A stretch of DNA of 64,000 nt from an uncultured Gammaproteobacteria bacterium. GTDB lineage: Bacteria; Pseudomonadota; Gammaproteobacteria; DRLM01. The notes beneath the pieces are model-generated. The model was not told the DNA's origin. It worked only from the letters and a program-made list of their open reading frames with translations, and did not search any database. The position numbers and the translations under genes are program-made. Positions 19,467 to 28,550 of the stretch are shown one piece after another (positions within the stretch are counted from its first letter, which is position 1; the number at the start of each line of letters is the position of its first letter). The stretch is taken from positions 576,001-640,000 of the forward strand of contig CAVSNY010000007.1 in NCBI GenBank assembly GCA_963729605.1, in the 5' to 3' direction.

Positions 19467-19883
19467 ATGATACTCTGTTTTTCCCAGGACGATCTCGAGG
19501 TCGTTGAGAAGGCGTACGGACAGCAGACGAAGACCTACGGCACGGCGTATTGCTATCTTAAGGACCACTCGTACAACCAATTCCTCGGCCAGCAGGAAAA
19601 CCTATTCATCACGGCGCATGGCAACGAGGACGAGATCGGAAACCAGGGAGCGGGATTCGCGTTGACCCCGGAGCAACTCGCAGCCGTGCTTTCCAAGAGC
19701 GTGTTGCCCGGAAAGTACCAGGGTTCAATTTACGTTTCAGCGTGCGACACGTCGCCGAAATACGTCACTGGTCTCCTCAAGCATATGGGGGGCGACTATA
19801 AGGGCCGCATCTATGGCTGCGTCGGTGACGTCGACCTGGTCATCGAGCCATCGGGGAACAACATGTGGGTCATGGCAAAGTAG
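19467..19883 (+). CDS. Small clan-CD (caspase/C80-like) cysteine protease candidate
   Basis: LFITAHG and IYVSAC motifs, His and Cys 42 residues apart, each after a hydrophobic strand. Confidence 0.6.
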   Translation: MILCFSQDDLEVVEKAYGQQTKTYGTAYCYLKDHSYNQFLGQQENLFITAHGNEDEIGNQGAGFALTPEQLAAVLSKSVLPGKYQGSIYVSACDTSPKYVTGLLKHMGGDYKGRIYGCVGDVDLVIEPSGNNMWVMAK

Positions 19884-19924
19884 CCCTGGGACGCGCGTCC
19901 TCTGCCGCAGTTCTGCGGTCGGAC

Positions 19925-20340
19925 CTAACGGCAAAACTCGCGGAAGCCAATGCCGGATACCTCCCGGCCTGCAACAGCCCGCGCGCGAGGAGAAACGTCA
20001 GCAGCGCATGCCATAGTCCGGTGTTGCCAAGCGGCTGCAACGTCCACCAAATCGCAAAATAAATCGCGAGCGCAATCAGCATCAGGTCGCGCCGATGAAG
20101 ATGCCGTCATAGCCATAGGCGAGCACGCCGGCGGTCGGCGCGAGCGCGGCGAAAATGAGGAACAGCCGGGGCGGCTTCCCGGACTTCGGAGCTCGTGGTC
20201 ATCAGGTCGATCAAGAGTTCGCCGCCCACGAGGAAAAACGCGCTGGTCGCGACGCCGAAGCCGAATCCCCAGGCGAGGATCAGCCGCACCGCGCGCGAAG
20301 GCGACTCGGTCGCGCGCGCCCACCGAGCTGTAGCAGCCCG
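19925..20340 (-). pseudogene. MATE/DinF efflux pump C-terminal fragment
   Basis: LILAWGFGFGVATSAFFLVGGELLIDLMTTSSEVR; AYGYDGIFIGAT; LGNTGLW. Confidence 0.7.
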
Positions 20341-20747
20341 ATGCAGCTGGTGGATCACCTTTTTGTGTTCGAAGGCAATGGTGTTGTCCGCGATTTCCGG
20401 GCAACTCTACCGAGTACCGCGACAGGAAAGAATGGGAAGACAGGAACAAGCCTGCAGAGCAGATCACAGCTCCTGTTGAATAACGGAAGAGAAAAAAGCA
20501 GAGCCTGTTGCTGCAAAGCCGGAGCCAGCTGCCAATAAAAAGAAGCCGAGCTTCAAGGGAAAGTTTGAATACGAGCAGTTAGAGAAAGAGACAGCAGCGC
20601 TTGAAAAGAAGAGAAACACTTTCCGAAAAACTGAACAGCGGCATCAGCGATCATAACGAGATCGCGAAATGTTCGCAGCGCATTTCAGCTCATTTCCGAG
20701 CTGGATGAAAAAGGGCTGAGGTGGCTGGAGTTGAGGGAGATGATGTA
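20341..20747 (+). pseudogene. ABC-F (Uup-like) ATPase C-terminal fragment
   Basis: LVDHLFVFEGNGVVRDF, KFEYEQLEKE, ELDEKGLRWLEL; frameshifted; Bacteroidetes-like. Confidence 0.65.
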
Positions 20748-20777
20748 ATCTCCCCAAAGAAAGGAATTACCTGCTAT

Positions 20778-21941
20778 TTACTCCTTTGTGCAGATTCGCA
20801 TATTATTTGTATAATTTTTCCTTGCTGCGGTGGTCGTTTGCAACACTTTTTCTATGTTTGCACCCTGATTTTCGAAGCAGGCATTATCCACCCAATTATG
20901 AAAGGCCATGGGGGCATTTGGAATATTGCTGGGGTTGGTAACGCGCGCTACCGATATTCCATCAATAAAGTATTCGATGCAGTTGCTATTCATTACAATC
21001 TGGTATTCGTGCCAGTTCTCGTCAAGATCGGGGAGACGCACCACCGAAAATTGAAGCCCGTTAAACGTATGTGCAAAGAAGCCGTTGTTCTCCTCGCTTA
21101 CATTCCCCTGCTGCTGCATGAACCAGGCTGTTTTCATTCCTACCACCGGAATTGCATTCGTGTTCCAAAAGCCCCAGCCTCGGGATCCGCCATTAATATT
21201 CTCTACTTTTATCTTTGCGGAAAAAATAATGTTATGGGCAGGAGCAAACGGAATATTTATGAAAAGGTCGTAAATAAAATTCTCCAGCTCAATGGTATCT
21301 GTGATCGTATCAACAGGGTAGGGGTTCACAATTACATTTTTGGGAAGCTGCGTAGTATAAGGGCTGTTGTACACCTCGGAATTTGAATAAGCGTTGCTAC
21401 TTGCCGGAGGAATGGAATTTACAAGGTAGTTGCCGTTGGGTGTATTGAACTCATGCGTGCCTGCAATATCAACCCGCTGAAACCAGAAATCTTCGGAAGG
21501 ATTGTGCAAGTCATAACGGTTTTTCGTATTGCAAAAAGCGACACTTTTCTCGTAATCACCAATGAGAATAAGTATATAAAATAAAGCGGACTGAATTGCC
21601 GCAGCACTATTCTTTCCAGGTGGTGAAGAGATTTTTGTTTTCAGAATATTGACAATATTTAAAGCAAGATCGAGCAAGGCATGATGATTCTTTGCCTGCA
21701 AATCGATTCCTTTCAGCTCCTTGAGCCATGCTGCTTTTTTTGCTGCATCAGCGAAATTGATCTCTTCTTTTAGTTGGGGCAATGCTATTCCGGCTTCCAT
21801 AATGAGCTTTGTAAAGGAAACGGAATGGTCTGATCCGATGAGGCCGGGTTGCTGTTCAAGTGCATGGGCAAGCTTAACAGTAAAGGCAATAAAGGTAGTT
21901 GGGGTTTGCATGTTTGGGAGTGTCCATATTCTTTCGCACAT
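20778..21941 (-). CDS. Hypothetical protein with C-terminal GH16-like/concanavalin domain
   Basis: GSRGWGFWN, WHEYQI...YFIDG, PMAFHNWVDN; AT-rich. Confidence 0.6.
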   Translation of the reverse strand: MCERIWTLPNMQTPTTFIAFTVKLAHALEQQPGLIGSDHSVSFTKLIMEAGIALPQLKEEINFADAAKKAAWLKELKGIDLQAKNHHALLDLALNIVNILKTKISSPPGKNSAAAIQSALFYILILIGDYEKSVAFCNTKNRYDLHNPSEDFWFQRVDIAGTHEFNTPNGNYLVNSIPPASSNAYSNSEVYNSPYTTQLPKNVIVNPYPVDTITDTIELENFIYDLFINIPFAPAHNIIFSAKIKVENINGGSRGWGFWNTNAIPVVGMKTAWFMQQQGNVSEENNGFFAHTFNGLQFSVVRLPDLDENWHEYQIVMNSNCIEYFIDGISVARVTNPSNIPNAPMAFHNWVDNACFENQGANIEKVLQTTTAARKNYTNNMRICTKE

Positions 21942-22122
21942 TTATTAACGGTGGTCCGTTCTGGTCACGCCGCCGCCCCCGGCGTCTCGCTGAAAGGTGA
22001 TGTATGTATAAAGCTGGTATGACTGGATGATAAAGCCGGCCTGGATCCTGGCTTATAGGCGCCCTTACCGCTCGTCATCTTGCTTATGATCTTCATTGAA
22101 AAGTCATTGCATACCATACGTG

Positions 22123-22359
22123 TTACAAACGGAGAATGCTTTTTCTCTGAGGTGAAAAATAAATTCCGTCTACAACATCGTCCTCGTCCACTTCCATAGC
22201 CGATTCTTCGATAGGCTCACCTCCAAGCTCTTTAATGAAATCGGCCGTGCCCCAAATCGGGATAGGGAGACTCATGCTCTGTTGGGACATGGTATCCCAC
22301 CCAGTAAATCTATAGACCATCACACGCTTGCCCATGGCGATTCCTTTCAATAATTCCAT
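22123..22359 (-). CDS. Small hypothetical protein (intact copy of the duplicated segment)
   Basis: 78 aa ORF; 3' part duplicated at 16543-16706. Confidence 0.55.
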   Translation of the reverse strand: MELLKGIAMGKRVMVYRFTGWDTMSQQSMSLPIPIWGTADFIKELGGEPIEESAMEVDEDDVVDGIYFSPQRKSILRL

Positions 22360-22420
22360 CTGACGTTAATGCGTTGCGTTTGGCGGCGACATTTTAATAA
22401 CACTTGACGATGACGAGAGA

Positions 22421-22777
22421 TTACAAAGTCGACAACAAATAGCCATGAAGCCACCGATTCAGTAGCGGTCCCATGTCGATACCAACGCATTTTCCCAATT
22501 GGTCGTAATAGTAGGCCAGAGACTCTCGGTCCTCCTGGTCGAGGGGTTTCTCTACCGAGCAAAGCGAGGTCTTGATGTACATACTTAGCTGGGCAGGCGA
22601 AGCACCACTCTTCACCAATGACGCAAGATCACTGGCGCAACGATTAAGCGCCGCCTCTAAAGGTCCGGCCAATCGTGCCCTGCTCGGAACGCGAAGTTCC
22701 GGCTCTGCACGCTGGAACTTCGGGGCTGCCTGGAAAGTAGCCAGATCAGCAAGCATTTCGTCGCTGTCTGCGTTCAT
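22421..22777 (-). CDS. DUF4844-like protein
   Basis: LDQEDRE...LLNRWLHG pattern. Confidence 0.5.
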   Translation of the reverse strand: MNADSDEMLADLATFQAAPKFQRAEPELRVPSRARLAGPLEAALNRCASDLASLVKSGASPAQLSMYIKTSLCSVEKPLDQEDRESLAYYYDQLGKCVGIDMGPLLNRWLHGYLLSTL

Positions 22778-22959
22778 AAGAGGTCACGTTCGCTAAACAA
22801 CACAACAACCAGTGTTTTAAAACAGGCTCGTCTCATTGCTCGCCCTGACAATGACTGCTAATTACAGCATAGCAGACGCTCCCGGTGGTCGCGCTGATGG
22901 CGCCTCAAACATGGTCTGAGGCGAGCTTGTTACCTCTGTGGCCTTGGGCGCGCCGCCGC

Positions 22960-23085
22960 GCTCGTCGGCATCTTGAGGAATAGCAAATACGTCAACTGCT
23001 CGACGTAGTCACCATACGACAGGCCATCGTCGCGCAGCACGTTGCAGTAGTGCCAGAGTTTTTGGACGATGGTAGATGTGTTCAT
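22960..23085 (-). pseudogene. Type I R-M hsdM 5' fragment (third)
   Basis: MNTSTIVQKLWHYCNVLRDDGLSYGDYVEQLTYLLFLKM. Confidence 0.85.
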
Positions 23086-23088
23086 GCG

Positions 23089-24010
23089 TCAGTTCCCAAA
23101 CAAGAATGCTTCCAATTTTTCTGCAGCCTCTTGCCGTTTCTTATCCGAGATGCGTTCCAGGTTATGCAGCTTCCACTGTACGGCAGGCAGATGTAGGGCC
23201 TGCGGATAGGCGAATTGCGTCCAATCGGCTCCGCCCTTTTTCACCGCGAGCAGAAATCGTTTGTCAGCATCCGTGAGCGTATTGTTCAATATCTGAACCA
23301 ACTGCGCCCGACTTTCGATCAATGTATCCAGACTGACCGGCTCCGCCACCATGCCAGAAAATTCCGCCCGATAGGCCGGTTCGATGTCCTGCATCGTAGG
23401 ATTCAGCAACTCCACCATAGGCCGATTGTGCGCCAGCAAGTAGACCAGAAAGACATCCTTGAGCGCGGGCGTGATCCCCTCATTGGCAAGCAACAGGTGC
23501 ACATCGTACAGATCACGGGGGTGCTGCCGATCCAGAGCTGCGCACAGCTTCCCCGCGTACAGCTCATCGAACGCCAGCACCTGCATGCGCGCATACCCAA
23601 AACCGTTGCGCACACTCTGCGACACCTCATGCAGCTCCGGCGTCAATAGGCTTCCTCTCAACACCGGCGTGACCTCCACTTTCACGGCCACGTCACCGCG
23701 TACCACCAGCAGTTTGAAGTGAAAGCGCGTGCCCTTCAGGATCGATGCGTGCACCCTGCAACCGGACACCATGCGCTCGATATCCGAAGCGATCGTGCGT
23801 AGCGCCTTATCGATACCCGCGAGAATTCGTGTTCCGTTCTTCCAGTGGCAGATAGACTAGATCGATATCCACCGACAGCCGTGGCATATTGCGCACGAAT
23901 AGATTAATCGCTGTGCCGCCTTTCAACGCAAAACATTCCTGCCGGGCCACGATCGGCAACAGGCTGACCAGCAGGCCGACCTGGTCAGAAAAAGTCTGGG
24001 CCAGCGCCAT
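23089..24010 (-). pseudogene. AbiEii nucleotidyltransferase toxin (type IV TA), frameshifted near 23820
   Basis: ALKGGTAINLF..PRLSVDIDL; K..AALDRQHPRDLYD. Confidence 0.88.
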
Positions 24011-24779
24011 CCGCCATCTCTCCTGCCATGTCACGCGGTACAGTGATGAGAAATTTCCGATCCAAAACGCCGCCACGGATGATCATCCGCTTGCTTCGTC
24101 CGAGTTCCACACCGCCGGTATCCAATACTGAAAACCAGGGATGTTGATGGCGCACGCTGAACCATAGAAACAACCGCTTCGCCTTGATATGCGTGCACGC
24201 GAGCAACAGTGACCGCACCCGTTCCGGCCGCAGAGTGGCCGCTGCCGCAAACAACTCGTCGGCAACCTGGAAGTCGGTGACGGTTTCCACCTCGGCGAGC
24301 AATTCCAGAAAAGCCAATTCCGGCGTCGCGTAGCGTATGGGCCAGTCCCAATGCCCGAACGGTCGAGAGATCACCGCCTCCGCGGGCGGGACAGCAAATA
24401 GCTTCGGGTTGTGGCGCTCCAGGCGGTATTTCGCCACCAAGTCTTCAACCCAAGCCGGCCAGCGGCTCACCCCATACAGCGCTATTCGACGCCCCTCGCC
24501 CATGGGCAGGTAATGCGCCAGGCCCATCAGTTCCAGCGCACTGCGCCCGCCCACATGGACCGCATACCCCAATGCCTGGAGCGAGTAGACGACATGCTCC
24601 CACTTCAAGGGCGGTCCCGGCCGCCGATAGGCGCCTCGGGCTACCGCTTGCAATGCACCCGAGCGCAGGTAGAAGTCGACACGCGGCCGATCGAAACCCT
24701 TGGCCTTCAGCCAGTTGCGATCCACCACCTGCCCCTCGGGCAGACAGGATTCCAAGGAATGGGAGGGTTGGGCGACCAT
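23985..24779 (-). CDS. AbiEi antitoxin (type IV TA)
   Basis: HVGGRSALELMGLAHYL, PELAFLELL, IKAKRLF, LITVP. Confidence 0.9.
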   Translation of the reverse strand: MVAQPSHSLESCLPEGQVVDRNWLKAKGFDRPRVDFYLRSGALQAVARGAYRRPGPPLKWEHVVYSLQALGYAVHVGGRSALELMGLAHYLPMGEGRRIALYGVSRWPAWVEDLVAKYRLERHNPKLFAVPPAEAVISRPFGHWDWPIRYATPELAFLELLAEVETVTDFQVADELFAAAATLRPERVRSLLLACTHIKAKRLFLWFSVRHQHPWFSVLDTGGVELGRSKRMIIRGGVLDRKFLITVPRDMAGEMADGAGPDFF

Positions 24780-24929
24780 GAGCGGTTTACCGACATCCTC
24801 TTTTGCATAGTATTGCTATGCATTATGGACAAACGCTAAACCAGAGACAAGTTTAGAGTTTACCGGCTTTGCATAGGCGGGCTATGCGAAAAAGCCTAAG
24901 GGGCAAACCAAGCAAAGGCGAAAGGCAGT

Positions 24930-25005
24930 CGCCATACAACATGCCGTCGTCGCGGAGAACGTTGCAGTAGTTCCAGAGTTTTTGGACGATGGTGGCAGTA
25001 TTCAT
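24930..25005 (-). pseudogene. Type I R-M hsdM 5' fragment (second)
   Basis: MNTATIVQKLWNYCNVLRDDGM. Confidence 0.85.
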
Positions 25006-25084
25006 AGCCCTGCTTTATTACCCTCTCCATTACCCTTACGTCAGGGTCATTACCCTTTCTTCCGCTACCGAGCAGCCGGCTTCG

Positions 25085-25588
25085 TCATTCTGCGACATGC
25101 CCCAGGTGTTCCCGCAGCACCTCGACGGGGTAGCGGTAACCGACAGCTCCGAAGGGGATGCGGTTTAGTCTGTGGTGAAGGTCGACCAAATCAACACTTT
25201 CCAGACCCCCAGCGTGTTCGACGCTCAGCTCGACATGAAAGCGAACATCGTTCATCGACCCCAGCACGCTGCGGTTGTTGGAACGTGTGAAACGAATCGT
25301 GCGGGCTGCATCCAGCATCCTCTCGACCTGAACCTGGGTAAATTCGTCCCAGAGCAGCGCCTTGAACAGACGCTGACCAAAAACCAAATCCAGCCGCATG
25401 AACTCCGGTTTTTTCAGCCCCGGCACGAACACGGAGTACAAGGTCACATCATGCGTAAACAACACGCACTTGCGCCGCTCGATACGCAGAAGATTGGCGT
25501 GCCAGCTTTCGCCGGAAGCACTCGGGTCAACGAGGTCATCAGGAATTTCCTTCAGCAACTTCTGTGTGCAATGTATCAAGAGCGGCAT
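25085..25588 (-). CDS. DUF6933-like hypothetical protein
   Basis: IHCTQKLL, WHANLL..RRKCVLFTH, NRSVLGSMND. Confidence 0.75.
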   Translation of the reverse strand: MPLLIHCTQKLLKEIPDDLVDPSASGESWHANLLRIERRKCVLFTHDVTLYSVFVPGLKKPEFMRLDLVFGQRLFKALLWDEFTQVQVERMLDAARTIRFTRSNNRSVLGSMNDVRFHVELSVEHAGGLESVDLVDLHHRLNRIPFGAVGYRYPVEVLREHLGHVAE

Positions 25589-25699
25589 ACGGATCGATCC
25601 GTCAACACGAGCAGCCGCCGCAGCTTCGCCGGGTCTTGAAGCTTGTTCTGCGACTTGTTGAAGATCAGCCCGAGCAAGCCCTTCTGGTTGCCCAACGCC

Positions 25700-26173
25700 T
25701 CAAGCATGTGACGGTAGTGATGAACGGTTCGTCACGTCCAGCCACGTAATAGTGCTATTACGTAAGCCCTCAAGCGTGTGGCGATAGTGATCGAACAGCT
25801 CGTCGCCGTCACAAACCAAACCCCCTCTCCCGCTCGCGGGAGAGGGCTGGGGTGAGGGCGGCCAACCGTACTTCTCCGGTACCGGGCTCGTCTGGTTATA
25901 CGGCGCCTTGGTGCGCTCGTCGGCCATCACCCCTTCTAATCCCCTCTCCCTCTGGGAGAGGGCTAGGGTGAGGGCATACGTCAACTGCTCAGAGCCTGCC
26001 CTGTGTGAAGTCGAAGGGTACTCGCCATACGACATGCCGTCGTCGCGCAGGGTGAGCCGGGGTTTCTCGCGAGCACCTGCGTACTCGCGTGCCGGCGAAC
26101 GGATGCGGCTCTGTCCACACCCTGGGCCGTTGCAGTAGTTCCAGAGTTTTTGGACGATATTGGACGAGTTCAT
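25700..26173 (-). pseudogene. Type I R-M hsdM 5' fragment (first) with in-frame palindromic insertions
   Basis: MNSSNIVQKLWNYCN..LRDDGMSYG..EQLTY..MADER..DGDELFDHYRHTL. Confidence 0.85.
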
Positions 26174-26191
26174 GGAATCGGTTCGTGCTAC

Positions 26192-27151
26192 TTAGTTTTC
26201 GTTTTCGGACTTCACGACGAAGTCTGCATATGAGAGGTGACCTCGCACCCTCTGCATATCGTCGTCTCTAATCTTTCCAGACGCCAATAGGTGTTTGAAT
26301 GCGCGAATCCTGTTTCTATATCCCTTTGTTAAGCGAGGAGTACTGCCGTGCACCAATAGACCGTGCACCTTCAAGCGTGCGGGTAATTTGCTTAGATGCT
26401 CTTTTTCTGGAGCTATGTCCCAGCCCCCACTGGTAACAATCGCTCTAACGCGTTCAGCAAGTTCGTGTGGCGGCTCACCTTGGCCCGAAAAGACAATATC
26501 ATCGGCGTATCTGGTGTAACGAATGTTTTCTGCTTTAGCGATGTCCTGAAGCTGAATATCGAAAGGCGTAAAAACGAGATTGGATAACACTGGGCTGGCC
26601 GGTGACCCTTGTGGCAAGCGCGCATTCAGCGTGCACAAGCGGGTAATCAATGTGGCGCCATGCTCCGCGTACCCCAGGCTAGTCAGTGCCCCTAACACCT
26701 GGTCTGAGGTGGTGCTCGAAAAAAAATCCCGGATATCGAGCGAATAAACCCAAGTTGCGTCGCAATGAATTTTGGCAGCACCTACGACAGATCTGCCTTG
26801 CACAAATCCATAAATGCAGTCTGGCAATTCAACGCTTGCGCTCAGATGCGCGCCAATCCATCGCTGAACCACCTTAAGCGCCACACGTGGTGCTTGTATT
26901 TGTCGTGTCTTCTTACCCTTCTTGATCTTAAAGTTTCGATAGTAGCGATGAGGGACACGGACCATTGTGCCTACGAATTCTGCGCTAACGCCAAAAAGGG
27001 TACTAACGGTACGAAGGGAAACGGCCGGCGGAAGGCCTTTCTCAGCAAGAGCACGAATTTCTGGCTCGTAGGTCTCTCGCGTTTGCTGAGGCAGCGACTC
27101 TACTAAAGTGTCAACTGAGGAAAAGGAAACGAGGAGTGGCGGCGCGTTCAT
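26192..27151 (-). CDS. Retron reverse transcriptase
   Basis: AAKIH (NAxxH-like), LDIRDFF, LPQGSPASP, YTRYADD, VHG (VTG-like); ATG at 27151. Confidence 0.93.
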   Translation of the reverse strand: MNAPPLLVSFSSVDTLVESLPQQTRETYEPEIRALAEKGLPPAVSLRTVSTLFGVSAEFVGTMVRVPHRYYRNFKIKKGKKTRQIQAPRVALKVVQRWIGAHLSASVELPDCIYGFVQGRSVVGAAKIHCDATWVYSLDIRDFFSSTTSDQVLGALTSLGYAEHGATLITRLCTLNARLPQGSPASPVLSNLVFTPFDIQLQDIAKAENIRYTRYADDIVFSGQGEPPHELAERVRAIVTSGGWDIAPEKEHLSKLPARLKVHGLLVHGSTPRLTKGYRNRIRAFKHLLASGKIRDDDMQRVRGHLSYADFVVKSENEN

Positions 27152-27297
27152 GGGAAGAGCAAAGCTGAAAAGCTTTCGTTGACGCAGCCTGCAGAACTGC
27201 GGGTGATTCGAAGGAGCACCCGCAGTTCTGCAGGCTTCCTTCTGTCCCTGGTCTTCGCTAGTGGGCGTGATACACGCCCGCACGAGTGCGCCGCCAC
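27136..27297 (-). ncRNA. Retron msr-msd ncRNA
   Basis: a1/a2 inverted repeats GTGGCGGCGC (27136-27145) / GCGCCGCCAC (27288-27297); msr hairpin 27263-27279; perfect 20-bp msd stem 27186-27205 / 27217-27236. Confidence 0.8.
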
Positions 27298-27307
27298 AAA
27301 TCCCACT

Positions 27308-28054
27308 TTACCACTCCTTGCGCCGGGAAAGTAAGAGCATCCGCTCAACATCCGTGCTGGACCGGGAGCGGGAATGGGGGACCAGATCGAGGCCTGTCGC
27401 CGTCAGGACGTACGACCCACTGTGTTCCCTAAGTACAAGGCCCTTCTTACGGGCCGTATCAAGCCGCCTAGATAACCATCGGTCATTTGGAATAATGAAC
27501 CCACGACCCCGTAGATACTCAATGACTGCCGCTATCTTGGCTGGTGACAAGGCCTTTAGCGCACGGAGTATTGCGGCAATGGACGGTTCCGGGGAGCCGG
27601 GCGGTATGAATTCGATGCCCTCGACTTTCAATGCTGCAGCGTCAAGGTACTCGTTTGCTTGCTCACTAATCTGTTTAACGGAGGCATCCGTTGCCTCGCT
27701 TTTTAGGGAAACCCATATTTGAGCAGATTCACCGGTCACGAATGACATATAGATACCGGAGACATTGTCTGGATATCTACGCACTAACAAAGCTTCAAGA
27801 CCCGCCTCCAAGGAATCCAATTGATGCTCTTGGCGAAAGGCAGTGACAACATTCACGTTGAATTTCTCACGTATCATGCGCCCTAGATACGCAAGCTGGC
27901 GCTTAGAAGTGAAGCCTTTTCCAGATATCTCCCTTACGCACTTAAGTGGAATCTCAAGCACTAAGGTATTGGATGGCTCGTCAAAGTGGAAAGACGTCAC
28001 ATAGTCTGCCTTACGACCCTTTAGGTACGCCGCGATGTCTTTTTCGTTATACAA
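27308..28054 (-). CDS. Retron-associated protein with C-terminal winged helix
   Basis: WLSRRLDTARKKGLVLR..GSYVLTATGL; overlaps the upstream HEPN gene. Confidence 0.75.
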   Translation of the reverse strand: MYNEKDIAAYLKGRKADYVTSFHFDEPSNTLVLEIPLKCVREISGKGFTSKRQLAYLGRMIREKFNVNVVTAFRQEHQLDSLEAGLEALLVRRYPDNVSGIYMSFVTGESAQIWVSLKSEATDASVKQISEQANEYLDAAALKVEGIEFIPPGSPEPSIAAILRALKALSPAKIAAVIEYLRGRGFIIPNDRWLSRRLDTARKKGLVLREHSGSYVLTATGLDLVPHSRSRSSTDVERMLLLSRRKEW

Positions 28055-28547
28055 GACCCAACTCCTTCGATATACCTAGCAATACACCTATCGCCTGATC
28101 TACGCGGGTTTTCCAATTTCTTGCTTCTGCCCTGGTATGGTTTGCCAGTGCAAAGTCTGCATGATTGAATAAGACAGGCTGCTCAGGTTTGTAATCAGCT
28201 ACGACACGAACGTTGTAAGCAATACGAAGAATGCTGGCGATTTCGCTCGATGCCTGGCCCGCCTGCTTTGAGATTGCACGCTCCCTTGACGTTGTGATGG
28301 TGTCGTGTTTTTTCAACTTCTTTGCTTGATTCCGAATAATTCTCAGCACGTCACCCTCTAGCAGATCTGGCAATCCGCTATGAGTTCTTCTACCCCAATC
28401 CGCATCAAGCGCTGATACAAATTTACGTACACCAAGAAATGTCGCGTAGTAATAGCGGTTAAAAGCGCTGCGCGCGAAGGCATCCGCATCAAGGGGCTCT
28501 TTTTGCACCTTGGCTTCACTAGACAAATGTTCAGCTACCTGATGCAA
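28047..28547 (-). CDS. Retron-associated HEPN-domain protein
   Basis: RSAFNRYYYATF..THSGL..RVVADY HEPN signature. Confidence 0.8.
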   Translation of the reverse strand: MHQVAEHLSSEAKVQKEPLDADAFARSAFNRYYYATFLGVRKFVSALDADWGRRTHSGLPDLLEGDVLRIIRNQAKKLKKHDTITTSRERAISKQAGQASSEIASILRIAYNVRVVADYKPEQPVLFNHADFALANHTRAEARNWKTRVDQAIGVLLGISKELGLV

Positions 28548-28550
28548 CTC

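Noticed and set aside
26192-27151. RT as a CRISPR-associated, group II intron or DGR enzyme
   Set aside because: Short RT with retron motifs and an adjacent msr-msd; about 9 kb from the array; no maturase domain or TR/VR pair seen
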